DNA of 64,000 nucleotides from Pseudomonadota bacterium. GTDB lineage: Bacteria; Myxococcota_A; UBA9042; CAIXZC01. Positions 17,851 through 28,140 of this stretch are shown one piece after another. Where the stretch lies: contig JBDRIT010000251.1 of the NCBI GenBank assembly GCA_043815665.1, forward strand, positions 2,818 to 66,817. The letters are read 5' to 3'. Both the position numbers and the translations under genes were made by a program. How positions within the stretch are numbered: position 1 is the first letter of the stretch; each line of letters starts with the position of its first letter. The notes beneath the pieces were generated by a model. The model saw only the letters and a program-made list of their open reading frames with translations. It did no database searches and was not told the origin of the DNA.

Positions 17851-20800
17851 GCCGCAGACGTTGTCCGTTCCGGTGCAGACGCCGTTCTGGCAGGTGTCGC
17901 CCATGGTGCAGGAGTCCCCGTCGTTGCAGGTCGTCCCGTTGACCTTGGGCTGGGGGATGCAGGCGTCCGCGTCGTCGTTGCAGAGGCCGTTGTTGCATGC
18001 GTCGACGACGCCGGTGCAGGGGTTCGCCCCCCCGCCGGTGCACCAGCCGCCGCCGTCGCAGGTGTCGTTCACGGAGCAGAACTGCCCGTCCTCGCAGGTG
18101 GTGCCCGCGGGCTTGAACTCGGAGTCGCAGGAGAACCCGTCGGGGTTGGACGCGCCCTCGGGGACGCAGATCCCGATGATGCACGCGGAGGAGAGCCACG
18201 AGCAGTCCGCCGGCTCCCCCGGCTCGCAGGACCCGTCGGTGCACTGGTCGCCGAAGGTGCAGCCGTTGTCGTCCGCGTTGCAGGGGGTGCCGTTGGCCAC
18301 GGGGTCCCCCTCGCACTGGTCGGTGGCCTCGTTGCAGACCCCCTCGATGCAGCCGCCGGAGACCTCCTGGCAGTCGATGGGGGCACCCCCGACGCAGGTG
18401 CCGCTGCTGTTGCAGGTGTCCCCGCCGGTGCAGAACTGGCCGTCCTGGCACGGGGTCCCCGCCTGGAGGGGCACCAGATCGCACTTGTAGGACTGGACGC
18501 CGGTGGAGGTGCAGACCGCGGAGTTGCAGTCATTGCCCTGGCCCGCGCAGTTGACCGGGATCCCGGCCACGCAGGCCCCGCCGACGCACTGATCACCTGT
18601 GGTGCAGCCGTTGTTGTCCGCGTTGCACGCGAAGCCGTTGTTCGCTGGCGTGGAGGAGCACTGGCCCGTCTGCAGGTTGCAGATGTCCTGGGTGCACTGG
18701 TTCCCGTCGTCGCAGTCCTCGTTGGAGAGGCAGCAGTTGGGGTTGCCCGAGCCCTCGCAGGTGCCGTCGACGCACGTGTCGTTCACGGTGCACTCGTTCC
18801 CGTCGTTGCAGGTGATCCCGTTGAGCGCGGTGTTGGCGCACTGGCCACCTGTGCAGGCGTCCGCGGTGCAGGGGTTGTCGTCGTCGCAGTCCGGCGCAGG
18901 GCCCGCCTGACAGGCCCCCGCGACGCAGGTGTCCCCGATGGTGCAGGGGTCGTCGTCGGTGCAGGGGCCGCCGACCGGGCTCCAGAGGCAGCCGGTGGCG
19001 GGAGCGCAGGTGTCCGAGGTGCAGGGGTTGCCATCGTTGCAGCTCTTCGGGCTTCCGGAGCAGGCCCCCGCTGTGCACGCGTCACCGTCCGTACAGGCGT
19101 TGCCGTCGTCGCAGGGGTTGGAGTTCAGCACGAACTTGCACCCGCTCAGCGGGTCGCAGGAGTCCGTGGTGCAGGGGTTGTAGTCGGTGCAGGTGAGCTG
19201 CCCCGTGCCTGCGCAGGAGCCCCCCTGACAGACGTCGCCGGTGGTGCAGGCATTGCCGTCGTTGCAGGGGGCCTGGTTGTAGGTGTACTTGCAGCCGTCA
19301 TTTTCATTGCAGAAGTCATTGGTGCAGGCGTTGAGGTCGTCGCACTCCAGGGTGCCCGTGCCCGCGCAGACACCGCTTGCGCAGTGGTCGCCGGTGGTGC
19401 AGGCGTTGCCGTCGTTGCAGGGGTTCTCGTTGTTGGTGAACTGACAGCCGACCGCGGGATCGCAGGAGTCGCTGGTGCAGGGGTTGTTGTCGTTGCAGGG
19501 CAAGGCCTGGCCGCCGACGCAGGCGCCGCCGTTGCAGGAGTCGCCGATGGTGCAGGCGTTGCCGTCGTCGCAGGGGTTGGCGTTGTAGTTGTGCTGGCAC
19601 TCGAGGGCGGGGTTGCAGACGTCGTCGGTGCAGGGGTTGCCGTCGGTGCAGTCCTTGCCCTGGCCGACGCATGCGCCGTCGACGCAGACGTCGTTCACCG
19701 TGCAGAGGTCCTCGTCGTCGCAGATCTCGCCCCCGTTCTTGGGCGCGACGCCGCAGGCTCCGGTGTCGGGGGTTGCAGGTGGCCTGCGCGCAGGTGGGGT
19801 CCGCATCCGGGGGCAGGTCGCAGTCGATGACCGACGCGGGATCCACCATGCACTTGTAGGGCAGGGAGATCTTGGAGCAGTAGAGGCTCCCGTTGCAGAC
19901 ATTGCCGTCGTCCAGGAGGAGGCAGTCCGTGTCCGCGTTGCAGTCACACGCGATGGCCTCGCCGCCGCAGACGCCGTTCCCACCGCAGATGTCGTTGATC
20001 GTGCAGGGGTTCCCGTCGTCGCAGGCCCCGGCGCCGTACGTGAAGGTGCAGCCCACCAGGGGATCACAGGAGTTGATGGTGCAGGGGTTCGCATCCTCGC
20101 AGTCGATGAACTCCCCGGTACACGCCCCGAACGCGCAGTGGTCGTTGGTCGTGCAGGGGTTGGCGTCGCTGCAGGGGGCGGCGTTGAAGACGTTCTGGCA
20201 GCCGAGGGCCGGATCGCAGACGTCATCGGTGCAGTAGTTGCCGTCGTCGCAGGAGCCCTCGTCCGTGGGGCCGTCGCAGTCGTTGTCCTTGCCGTCGCAG
20301 ATCTCCGCCGCGCCGGGGTGGATCGCTGCATCCAGGGGGGCGCAGTCCGCTGCATCGCCCACGCCGTCGTTGTCGTCATCGGGGTCGCACGCGTTGCCCT
20401 GGCCGTCCAGATCGGTGTCCAGGGTGTCCGGGTTGGCCATGAGGGGGCAGTTGTCCATGGCGTCGGGGATCCCGTCACCATCGTCGTCGTCGTCGATGCA
20501 GTCCCGCTGCCCGTCGTCGTCGGTGTCCGTGTAGCCCTCGTCGGTGAACCCGTTGCAGTTGTTGTCCTTGCCGTCGCAGATCTCGGGCTCCGGCGAGGCC
20601 CCCTGGCAGATCTCATCGCCGAGGGAGCAGGCCTTGGTGCCGGGGCAGGTCCCATACTCGCTGGTGACCAGGCACTCCGCTGCGGTGATGTCGTCGATCG
20701 CGCCGTTGCAGTCATCGTCCAGGCTGTTGCAGGTCTCTGTGGCCGGGCTCGGCGCGTCGCAGGCGGTGAGGCCCGTGGGGCCGCAGTAGCGCTCTCCGGC

Positions 20801-21493
20801 GCAGGTGCCGGCGTCGTTGGACTCCGCGCACTCCGTGGTGAGCTGCAGGAACTTGGAGAGCGCGGTGCACTGGCAGGCGCCCTCGGTCAGCCGGCACTGC
20901 TTGACGCTGGTGCCGTCCGGGGCCTCCGCGGTGACGCAGCCGTAGCCCGCGGGGCAGGTGTCGTCGCTGCAGTCGGCGCCGCAGAAGCTCCCGGCGTCTC
21001 CATAATCCAGGCAGAGGTCTACGCTCCCGCCCAGGATCGGCTGACACTCCGCGTGGTCCACGCAGGGCTGGCAGACCTTGTCGAACCGCGGCAGGCAGAG
21101 GTAGGTCACGTCCGGGGGCGTGGTGCTGACCGGCGCGCAGACGAAGTCGGCCGGGCACTCCTCCACGCAGGTCATGGTGCAGATCTTCTTCTCGCCGGTG
21201 AGGATGCAGTACCCGGAGTCACAGTCCTCCGGGTCGTCGCAGGGCCACCCGAATGCGCCGGGCTGGGGACCGCTGTCCCCGGCTCCGTCCGCGTACTGGT
21301 CCGGCTGGGCGTCGCCGGCGGGAGCGTCCGGCTCGCCGGCGTCATTGCCGATGATCGTGTCGCCGGTCGTGTCCTCCGGAGTCTCCGGGGTGTCCGTGGA
21401 GACCTTGCCCGCGCCGGTGCCGCACGCGGCCACGAGCAGGGCCGCCGCGGCCAGGGCGATGACGAGGGCGATGCGATTGAGATTCCGCAGCAT
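15460..21493 (-). CDS. Giant lipoprotein paralog (~2010 aa if read through) interrupted by a 1-nt frameshift near 19768..19772. Order of parts: lipoprotein signal, conserved N-module, a few TSP3 repeats, MopE-like motif, ~40 CxxCxxDxC-type Cys-rich repeats, then ~13 tandem ~55-aa repeats of unknown function.
   Basis: Two overlapping minus-strand ORFs (19316..21493 and 15460..20715) each contain sensible protein on one side and R/T/P-rich nonsense on the other. The sense portions join exactly at the G5 homopolymer (plus strand 19768-19772; C5 on the coding strand). Removing one base gives ...DPTCAQATCNPDTGACGVAPKNGGEICDDEDLC..., which is in register with the repeat motif. N-terminus MLRNLNRIALVIALAAAALLVAACG is a lipoprotein signal. 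Confidence 0.75.
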
Positions 21494-21530
21494 GGAGTCC
21501 TCCCGACAGGTGTCCGGTTTCTCGAGGCTG

Positions 21531-21570
21531 GTTGATTATAGAGAGATGGAACCTCTGGTTCCAGCGAAAC
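21531..21570 (-). promoter_or_regulatory. Candidate promoter/operator upstream of the frameshifted giant gene: perfect TATAAT (minus strand) and a 6-3-6 palindrome GGAACCtctGGTTCC immediately upstream.
   Basis: Minus-strand reading …cTGGAACcagagGTTCCatctctcTATAATcaacc… About 45 nt before the ATG, with GGGAGGA as SD. The -35 match is weak. Confidence 0.3.
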
Positions 21571-21616
21571 CCGGGCTCGTGCTCGGGCTCGGACATTCTG
21601 GGGTGTACCGGAGCCC

Positions 21617-23521
21617 TCAATCGAGGAGCATCTCGAGCTTCTGCAGAGTCCTGGCGAAGAGCTCGTAGGTCTCCTCCATGGTCTCCGGGTCGGTGATGTC
21701 GACGCCGGCCTCCTTGAGGAGCGTGACGGGGTAGTCCTTGCCGCCGGCTTTGAGGAACTCGATGAACCGGTCCCGGGTCTCTTCGTCGCCGGCGAGGATC
21801 TTGTTGGAGAAGGCGAAGGCAGCCATGAGGCCCGTGGCGTACTTGTAGACGTAGAAGTTGTAGTAGAAGTGCGGGATATAGGCCCACTCGTACTGGTCGT
21901 GCTCGTCGAAGGTGAAGTCGGGGCCGAAGTAGCGCTTGACCAGGTCCGCGTAGAGCTCGGAGAACCGGGTCGCGGTGAGCGCGCCGCCCTTCTCGGCCTC
22001 CGCGTGGATCAGCATCTCGTACTCGGCGAACATCACCTGGCGGATCACCGTCAGGCGGATGTTCTCGAGCTGCTTCACCAGCAGGGCCATGGTCTTCTCC
22101 TTCTCCTTGCTGCCCTTGATCAGGTGATCCATGAGCATGGCCTCCTGGAAGGTGGAGGGGATCTCCGCCAGGAGGATCGGCGCGTCGGACTTCGGGTAGG
22201 GCTGGGTCTTCTGGCTGTACCAGAAGTGCATCGCGTGGCCGAACTCGTGGGCCGTGGTGAAGACATCGTCCAGCTCGTCCATGTAGTTGAGGAACACGTA
22301 GGGGTGCAGGCCCCAGTGGCCGGTGCAGTAGGCCCCGGATTTCTTTCCCTCGTTGGGGTAGACGTCGCTCCAGCGGGCCGCGGGGTCGAGGCCCTTGGCC
22401 AGGATCCCGGCGTACTCCTCGCCCATGGGCTGCATCGCCGCGAGGCAGAGCTTCACGCCCTCGTCGTAGGCGTGGGACTCCTTCACGTCCGGGAAGAGGG
22501 GCGTGTACATGTCCGCGTAGTGGATCTCCTCGAGGCCGAGGAGCTTCTTCTTGACCTTCACGTACCGGTGGAGGGTCCGCGGCAGGTTCTTGTGGGTCAC
22601 CTCGAGGAGGGTGTCGTAGAGCTCCTTTGTCACCGCGTCGGAGTCCAGGGACGCCTCCAGCGCGGAGGCGTACCCGAGGGCCTGGGCGATGTAGACGTCG
22701 GCCTTGACCTTCGCCGCCAGGGAGGCCGCGTAGGACTTGGAGAAGGCCTCGAGGCTGCCGAAGAAGGCCTCCACTGCGGCCATCCGGACCTTGCGGTCGG
22801 TGTGGCTCCGGTACTTGGGGAAGTTCGCGAAGCCCAGCTGGACCTCCTCGCCCTTCTCGTCCTTGATCTTCGGGAAGGGCGTCTCGGCCTGGAGGCTGTT
22901 GAGGATCGTGTAGGGCGTCCCGGCCAGGGCCCGGGTCAGGGCCAGCACCGCCTCGCCGGATTTGTCCAGGACGTGGGCCTTGCGGCGGGCGAGGTCGTCG
23001 ATGTAGTGGTCGTAGTCGGCGAGGGAGGCGTCCCCCTTCAAGGCAGCGAGCGCGGCCCCGTCCAGGGACAGGAGCTCGGGCTCGAGGAAGGACAGCGCCG
23101 AGGAGACCTTGGCGCCGATGTACTCCGACTTCTCGTAGAGCTCCTGGGCTTTGGGGTCCCGGCGGTCCGTGGACCAGAGCTGGAACGCATACTGACTCAG
23201 GCGATCCGCCCGCAGGGTGAGGCTCGTCGCGAGCTCCAGGCACTCCTTGACCTTTGCGGGGCCCTCGCCGAGGGTGCCACGGCAGGCCTCCAGGCCCGGC
23301 ACGTCCTTCTCCAGAGCGGCGAACGCGGTCATCCACTCGGCGTTCCCCGCGAAGAGGGGGCTCAGGTCCCATGTGGTCATCGACGGCACCTCCGTGCGTT
23401 CCGCAGCGGCCTTGGGGGTGTAGGGCTTCGGGGCGTCGTCCTCAGTCGCCACCGCGGAGCTGGACGCGACGGTGACGGCGAGGACCGTGGCCACGAGGGC
23501 TACTCGTATGGTTCGGCTCAT
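21617..23521 (-). CDS. pepF: Oligoendopeptidase F (M3 family metallopeptidase), secreted form with a signal peptide.
   Basis: HEFGH zinc motif and overall M3B/PepF-like sequence (…TAHEFGHAMHFWYSQKTQ…). The start is set at ATG 23521 (MSRTIRVALVATVLAVTVASSSAVA, a signal peptide). The upstream extension of the 1250-codon ORF is out-of-frame nonsense across the neighbouring gene. Confidence 0.9.
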   Translation of the reverse strand: MSRTIRVALVATVLAVTVASSSAVATEDDAPKPYTPKAAAERTEVPSMTTWDLSPLFAGNAEWMTAFAALEKDVPGLEACRGTLGEGPAKVKECLELATSLTLRADRLSQYAFQLWSTDRRDPKAQELYEKSEYIGAKVSSALSFLEPELLSLDGAALAALKGDASLADYDHYIDDLARRKAHVLDKSGEAVLALTRALAGTPYTILNSLQAETPFPKIKDEKGEEVQLGFANFPKYRSHTDRKVRMAAVEAFFGSLEAFSKSYAASLAAKVKADVYIAQALGYASALEASLDSDAVTKELYDTLLEVTHKNLPRTLHRYVKVKKKLLGLEEIHYADMYTPLFPDVKESHAYDEGVKLCLAAMQPMGEEYAGILAKGLDPAARWSDVYPNEGKKSGAYCTGHWGLHPYVFLNYMDELDDVFTTAHEFGHAMHFWYSQKTQPYPKSDAPILLAEIPSTFQEAMLMDHLIKGSKEKEKTMALLVKQLENIRLTVIRQVMFAEYEMLIHAEAEKGGALTATRFSELYADLVKRYFGPDFTFDEHDQYEWAYIPHFYYNFYVYKYATGLMAAFAFSNKILAGDEETRDRFIEFLKAGGKDYPVTLLKEAGVDITDPETMEETYELFARTLQKLEMLLD

Positions 23522-23550
23522 TTCATGCCTCCATGGGGTCGAGGGGGTGT

Positions 23551-24870
23551 CTACAGGTACTGCTTGATCTCCCAGTCCGTCACGTGCTGACGGAAGGAGG
23601 CCCACTCCTCCTTCTTGATGCCGACGTACTTGGCCACCAGCTCCTGGCCGAGGACCTCGCGCAGGAAGGACGACTCCTCCACCGCCAGGATCGCGGAATC
23701 CATGTCGTCGGGGAGGCAGCGATAGCCCTTGGCCTCGCGCTCCACGGGGGTGAGGAGGTCCGTGTTCTCCTTGAACTCCGGCGGGGCGACCAGGCCCCGC
23801 TCGATGCCGTCGAGCCCCGACGCGAGCTGGAGCCCCACCAGCAGGTAGGGGTTGGCCATGGGGTCCGCCGCCCGGTACTCGAAGCGGCAGCGATGGGGCT
23901 GGTCCGGGGCGAACGCGGGGACCCGGATCAGCGCCAGGCGGTTCTGGATTCCCCAGGTCAGGAACGCGGGGGCCTCGTGGCCCGGTACGAGGCGCTTGTA
24001 GGAGTTCACGGTCTGGTTCGTGAAGAGGGTGATCTCCTGCGCGTGATCCAGGAGCCCGGCGATGTACTGCATCCCGGTCTCCGAGATGAGGTTCCGCGTG
24101 GTGCGGCCGTAGTCGTAGAACGCGTTCTCGTCGCCCCTCCACAGGATCTGGTGGACGTGGAGGCCCGAGCCGATGAGGTCGCTCATGGGCTTGGGCATGA
24201 AGGACGCGTGCATGCCGTGCTTCTGGGCGACGGTATCCACGAGGACCTTGGACAGGAGGAGGTTGTCGCATTGCCGGAGGGCGTCCTCCAGGCGGAACTC
24301 GATCTCGTGCTGGCCGGGGCCGTTCTCGTGGTGGAAGACCCGGATCCCCATGCCCACGTCCTCGAGGAGCTCCGCGGTCTCCTGGAGGGCCCGGGTGCTC
24401 GGGTCGGCCCTTGGGGCCTCGAAGTAGCCGCCTTGATCGGTGGGATTCGGGGCCGTGCGATCCTTGAAGTAGTAGTACTCCAGCTCCGTGAGGATGTCGA
24501 AGCGGGTGAAGCCCATCCCGCGGGACGTCTCGACGGTGCGGCGCAGGAAGGACCGGGAGTCCAGCGCCTGGCCGGAGCCGTCGGGCCGATGCACGTCGCA
24601 GAACAGGATCGCCGCGGCTGGGATCCCGGCGCCCCCCTGGACGATCCGGAAGCTGTCCAGGTCGGGCATCGCAGCGAGGTCGGAGCGATCCACCCGGGAC
24701 ATGCCTGCGACGGAGGAGCCGTCCAGGGGCGCGCCGTTGTCCAGGACGCGGTCCAGGCCGGACGCGGGGACGTGGGTCACCCGCGGCCGCCCGAAGAGGT
24801 CGATGAGCCAGAACTGGATTGTCCGCAGCCCGTGATCCTTGATGGCTTTGGCGATGTCCTTGCGATCCAT
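23551..24870 (-). CDS. Glutamine synthetase family protein (type I-like gamma-glutamyl:amine ligase, 439 aa).
   Basis: N-terminal GS beta-grasp region (MDRKDIAKAIKDHGLRTIQFWLIDLFGRPR) and a GS catalytic domain are recognisable by eye. The size fits GlnA / GlnT / PuuA-like enzymes; the exact substrate cannot be assigned from sequence. Confidence 0.8.
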   Translation of the reverse strand: MDRKDIAKAIKDHGLRTIQFWLIDLFGRPRVTHVPASGLDRVLDNGAPLDGSSVAGMSRVDRSDLAAMPDLDSFRIVQGGAGIPAAAILFCDVHRPDGSGQALDSRSFLRRTVETSRGMGFTRFDILTELEYYYFKDRTAPNPTDQGGYFEAPRADPSTRALQETAELLEDVGMGIRVFHHENGPGQHEIEFRLEDALRQCDNLLLSKVLVDTVAQKHGMHASFMPKPMSDLIGSGLHVHQILWRGDENAFYDYGRTTRNLISETGMQYIAGLLDHAQEITLFTNQTVNSYKRLVPGHEAPAFLTWGIQNRLALIRVPAFAPDQPHRCRFEYRAADPMANPYLLVGLQLASGLDGIERGLVAPPEFKENTDLLTPVEREAKGYRCLPDDMDSAILAVEESSFLREVLGQELVAKYVGIKKEEWASFRQHVTDWEIKQYL

Positions 24871-25061
24871 GGTGCCTCCCGCCCCGCCCCGCCCGAGCCG
24901 GGTGGTGTCGGCCAGAGTGGATCGGGGGGGGGCGTGATGTCAAGCACGCGCGGGGGCGGACCGAGCGCAAACTCAGGGTGATGACGTGGGGCGAGCGCGA
25001 TGTGCACGGATGTCTCCGGCTCTGGTACAATCCCTGGGACTTGTCCTCGCAGAGGTGCCAC

Positions 25062-28046
25062 GTGAGAGATCTTGCTATACTCCTTCTCATCCTCTCCTTC
25101 GCTGCCTGCAACGATGCCGCCACCGACGGCGGCGACGCCTCCGGCGGGCTTGACCTTCCGAACGTCGAGGACACGGGCGGGGTGGACTTCACCTTCGTCG
25201 ATCTCACCTCCGACGGCGTCACGCCGGACCTGCCCCCTCCGGACGGGACCATCGACGACATCGTGTCGGTCTGCGAGCCCGGGGAGGGCTGCTTCCTCGA
25301 CCCCTGCGTCGAGAACGGGGAGTGCCAGTCCGGGTGGTGCGTGGACCACATGGGGGACGGGGTCTGCACGACCGCGTGCGCCGAGGAATGTCCCGCCGGC
25401 TGGTCCTGTCAGCAGGTCGCCGGCACGGATCCGGACGTGGTCTTCATCTGCGTGTCCCATATCGCCAACCTCTGCCGTCCCTGCGCGGACGCGGGGGACT
25501 GTCTGGCCACTGGTGGCGTGGAGGACGTCTGCGTCGACTACGCGGCCGAGGGCAGCTTCTGCGGGGCGCCCTGCGATCCCGACGACGTCAAGTCCACCTG
25601 CCCCTGGGGCTTCTCCTGCCAGGAGGCCCTCACCGTGGACGGCATCCCCACGACCCAGTGCGTGGCGGACGCGGGGATCTGCCCCTGCACGGCCAAGGCC
25701 GTCACCCTGGCCCTGTGGACCCCCTGCGCGGTGGAGAACGAGTGGGGCCAATGCGGAGGAAAGCGGGTCTGCACCGGGGAGGGCCTCACCCCCTGCGACG
25801 CGACGGACCCCGCTGCGGAGCTCTGCAACGCCCTCGATGACGACTGCGACGGGGAGGTGGACGAACCCAACGTGATCGACGGCGGGTACCAGGACCTCTG
25901 CGACGACGGCAACGGGTGCACCGAGGATGGCTGCGACGGCGCCGCTGGATGCACCCACGCGGCCCTCACCGGGGGGGAGTGCGTGGACGGCGACGTGTGC
26001 ACCGTCGGGGATCACTGCGAGGCGGGGATCTGCCTGGGCTCGCCGGTGGCCTGCGACGACGGCAACCCCTGCACCGATGACCAGTGCGACGGGCTCGGAG
26101 GCTGTGTCTTCCTGGCCAACGACGTGGCCTGCAACGACGGCGATTCCTGTACCGTCGCCGACCAGTGCGACGAGGCGGTCTGCGCCGGCGTCCCGGTGAG
26201 CTGCGATTGCCAGGCTGATGCGGACTGCGCCGGGCTCGAGGACGGAGATCTCTGCAACGGCACCCTGGTCTGCGACACCGGGGCGCTCCCCTTCCAGTGC
26301 GAGGTGGCTCCCGACACCGTGGTGACCTGCCCCGCTCCGCCCCCGGGGCCGGGGCAGACCTGCCTGGCGGCGGCCTGCGACCCGGAGGACGGGACCTGCG
26401 GGCTGGTCCCCGCCAGCGAGGGGTTCCTCTGTGACGACGGGGATCCCTGCACCGTGGGTGAGGCTTGCGTCGAGGGGGCCTGCGCCGACGGGGTGGCGCC
26501 CAACTGCAATGACGGCAACCCCTGCACCGACGACGGGTGCGCGGCCCCCGGGGGGTGCGTCCACGTCCCCAACGACCTGCCGTGCAGTGACGGCGACGTC
26601 TGCACCCTCGATGATCACTGCTCAGATGGACTGTGCGTCGGCGGGTCCATGTTGGGTTGCGACGACGGCGATCCGTGCACCGTGGACCTCTGCGATGTCG
26701 CGGTGGGGTGCCAGCACGAGCCCTCGGATGGCGACCTGTGCAACGACGGCAACGCCTGCACAATCGGGGATCACTGCGTCGCGGGAGCCTGCGTCTTCGG
26801 CCTCGTGGCGGTGTGCGACGACGGGAACCTCTGCACCACCGACAGCTGCAGTCCCCAGACGGGGTGCGTCTACACCTTGAACACCGCTCCCTGTGACGAC
26901 GGTGACCTCTGTACCGTCGGGGATCACTGTCATCTCGGCGGATGCATCGCGAGCGGTGCGCTGAGCTGTGATGACGGCAACGTCTGCACCGACGACGCCT
27001 GCCTCGCCGCGACGGGCTGTGCCTTCTCACCCAACGCTGCGGCCTGTGACGACGGCGATCCCTGCACCCAGGGGGACCACTGCGCCGGCGGCTGGTGCCT
27101 GTCCACCACCAAGGACTGCGACGACGACAACCCCTGCACCGACGACGCCTGCGGCTCCGCCGGATGCACCAACACCCCCAACGCGGACCCCTGCCCCGGC
27201 GGCCTCTGCGCGGGGGGCGTCTGTGTCTGCCAGCCGGCCTGCGCCGGGAAGGACTGCGGGGACGACGGCTGCGGCGGGTCCTGCGGCGTCTGCACGGGGC
27301 AGGATCTCTGCCTGGCGGGCCACTGCCAGTGCCAGCCGGCCTGCGACGGCAAGAACTGCGGAGGCGACGGCTGCGGCGGGTCCTGCGGCGTCTGCACGGG
27401 TCAGGACCTCTGCGTGGTGGGTCTCTGCCAGTGCCAGCCGGATTGCCTCGGGCTCGACTGCGGGGAGGACGGCTGCGGTGGCCTCTGCGGTACCTGCCAG
27501 GGCGGCGACACGTGCGTGGCCGGAGCCTGCGTCGGGGCCATCGGGAAGCGGGTCTTCGTGACGAGCACCCTGACCTCAGCGGGCCTGGGCGGGGTCTCAG
27601 GTGCGGACTCCTATTGCCAGTCACGGGCTGGCGCCGCGGGGCTCGGCGGCTCCTGGCGGGCCTGGGTGAGCCTCTCCGGAAGCCCGGTCACGAGCCGGTT
27701 CAACCACGCGTCCGTGCCCTACAAGCTCCTGGACGGCGCAGTGATCGCGAGCAACTGGGCCGACCTCACCGACGGGACCCTCCAGCACGCCATCGACCGG
27801 GACGAGAACGGCGGCGCCGTGGGCTCGGGATACATCTGGACCGCGACCAAGCCCAACGGATCCTACAACTCCGACAGCTGGGGCGGCTGCGGTGGCACCC
27901 TGTGCGGCGGCTGGACCATCGGCGGGACCTGCAACTCCGGGAGCGGCGGCTTCGGCGGTGACTCCGGTAAGGTCGACGCCCAGTGGACCGACACGGTGTG
28001 CGGCTGCTGCAACAACCAGTGGCGTCTCTACTGCTTCGAACAATAG
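25062..28046 (+). CDS. Cys-rich lipoprotein paralog (~995 aa). Order of parts: lipoprotein signal, conserved N-module, ~25 CxxCxxDxC-type repeats, three CxPxCxGKxCGxDGCGGxCGxC modules, C-terminal endostatin-like / DUF1554-like domain.
   Basis: GTG 25062 gives VRDLAILLLILSFAAC (lipobox), preceded by AGAGG. The long ORF's ATG at 24978 would add 28 non-signal residues. The C-terminus reads KRVFVTS...GADSYCQSRAGAAGLGGSWRAWVS...PYKLLDGAVIASNWADL...YCFEQ. This matches the endostatin (collagen XVIII NC1) signature [24 protein letters not shown]...IVNLKDELLFPSWEAL. Confidence 0.8.
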   Translation: MRDLAILLLILSFAACNDAATDGGDASGGLDLPNVEDTGGVDFTFVDLTSDGVTPDLPPPDGTIDDIVSVCEPGEGCFLDPCVENGECQSGWCVDHMGDGVCTTACAEECPAGWSCQQVAGTDPDVVFICVSHIANLCRPCADAGDCLATGGVEDVCVDYAAEGSFCGAPCDPDDVKSTCPWGFSCQEALTVDGIPTTQCVADAGICPCTAKAVTLALWTPCAVENEWGQCGGKRVCTGEGLTPCDATDPAAELCNALDDDCDGEVDEPNVIDGGYQDLCDDGNGCTEDGCDGAAGCTHAALTGGECVDGDVCTVGDHCEAGICLGSPVACDDGNPCTDDQCDGLGGCVFLANDVACNDGDSCTVADQCDEAVCAGVPVSCDCQADADCAGLEDGDLCNGTLVCDTGALPFQCEVAPDTVVTCPAPPPGPGQTCLAAACDPEDGTCGLVPASEGFLCDDGDPCTVGEACVEGACADGVAPNCNDGNPCTDDGCAAPGGCVHVPNDLPCSDGDVCTLDDHCSDGLCVGGSMLGCDDGDPCTVDLCDVAVGCQHEPSDGDLCNDGNACTIGDHCVAGACVFGLVAVCDDGNLCTTDSCSPQTGCVYTLNTAPCDDGDLCTVGDHCHLGGCIASGALSCDDGNVCTDDACLAATGCAFSPNAAACDDGDPCTQGDHCAGGWCLSTTKDCDDDNPCTDDACGSAGCTNTPNADPCPGGLCAGGVCVCQPACAGKDCGDDGCGGSCGVCTGQDLCLAGHCQCQPACDGKNCGGDGCGGSCGVCTGQDLCVVGLCQCQPDCLGLDCGEDGCGGLCGTCQGGDTCVAGACVGAIGKRVFVTSTLTSAGLGGVSGADSYCQSRAGAAGLGGSWRAWVSLSGSPVTSRFNHASVPYKLLDGAVIASNWADLTDGTLQHAIDRDENGGAVGSGYIWTATKPNGSYNSDSWGGCGGTLCGGWTIGGTCNSGSGGFGGDSGKVDAQWTDTVCGCCNNQWRLYCFEQ

Positions 28047-28140
28047 GCCCCGACCCCGACCCTGACCTTGACAACGCACCCACGCTGGACAAGGATCGCC
28101 GGGAGCGTTTTTCTAACGCCTCGCCGCACGGGAGCAGGGG

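Noticed and set aside
15604-21535. Plus-strand ORFs 15604..19830 (1408 aa) and 19589..21535 (648 aa).
   Set aside because: Antisense to the giant minus-strand lipoprotein. The translations are Gly/Ala/Val/Arg low-complexity with no motifs. The minus strand encodes the recognisable signal, Cys-rich and repeat domains.
24978-25061. ATG 24978 as start of the Cys-rich lipoprotein gene.
   Set aside because: It would add 28 residues (MMTWGERDVHGCLRLWYNPWDLSSQRCH) before the signal peptide. GTG 25062 with an upstream AGAGG gives a canonical lipoprotein N-terminus.
21342-25369. ORFs 21342..23372 (minus), 21869..23590 (plus), and the 1250-codon extension of the pepF ORF up to 25369.
   Set aside because: Alternative frames or antisense over pepF and the GS-family gene. 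The pepF reading frame only makes sense from the signal-peptide ATG at 23521. Upstream of that the frame crosses the neighbouring gene as R/P/G-rich nonsense.
25072-27961. Alternative-frame plus ORFs (25072..25875, 25322..25840, 27095..27961) and minus ORFs (25966..27624, 27766..28734) over gene 25062..28046.
   Set aside because: Ala/Arg/Pro/Thr-rich frame shadows of the Cys/Asp/Gly-rich coding frame.
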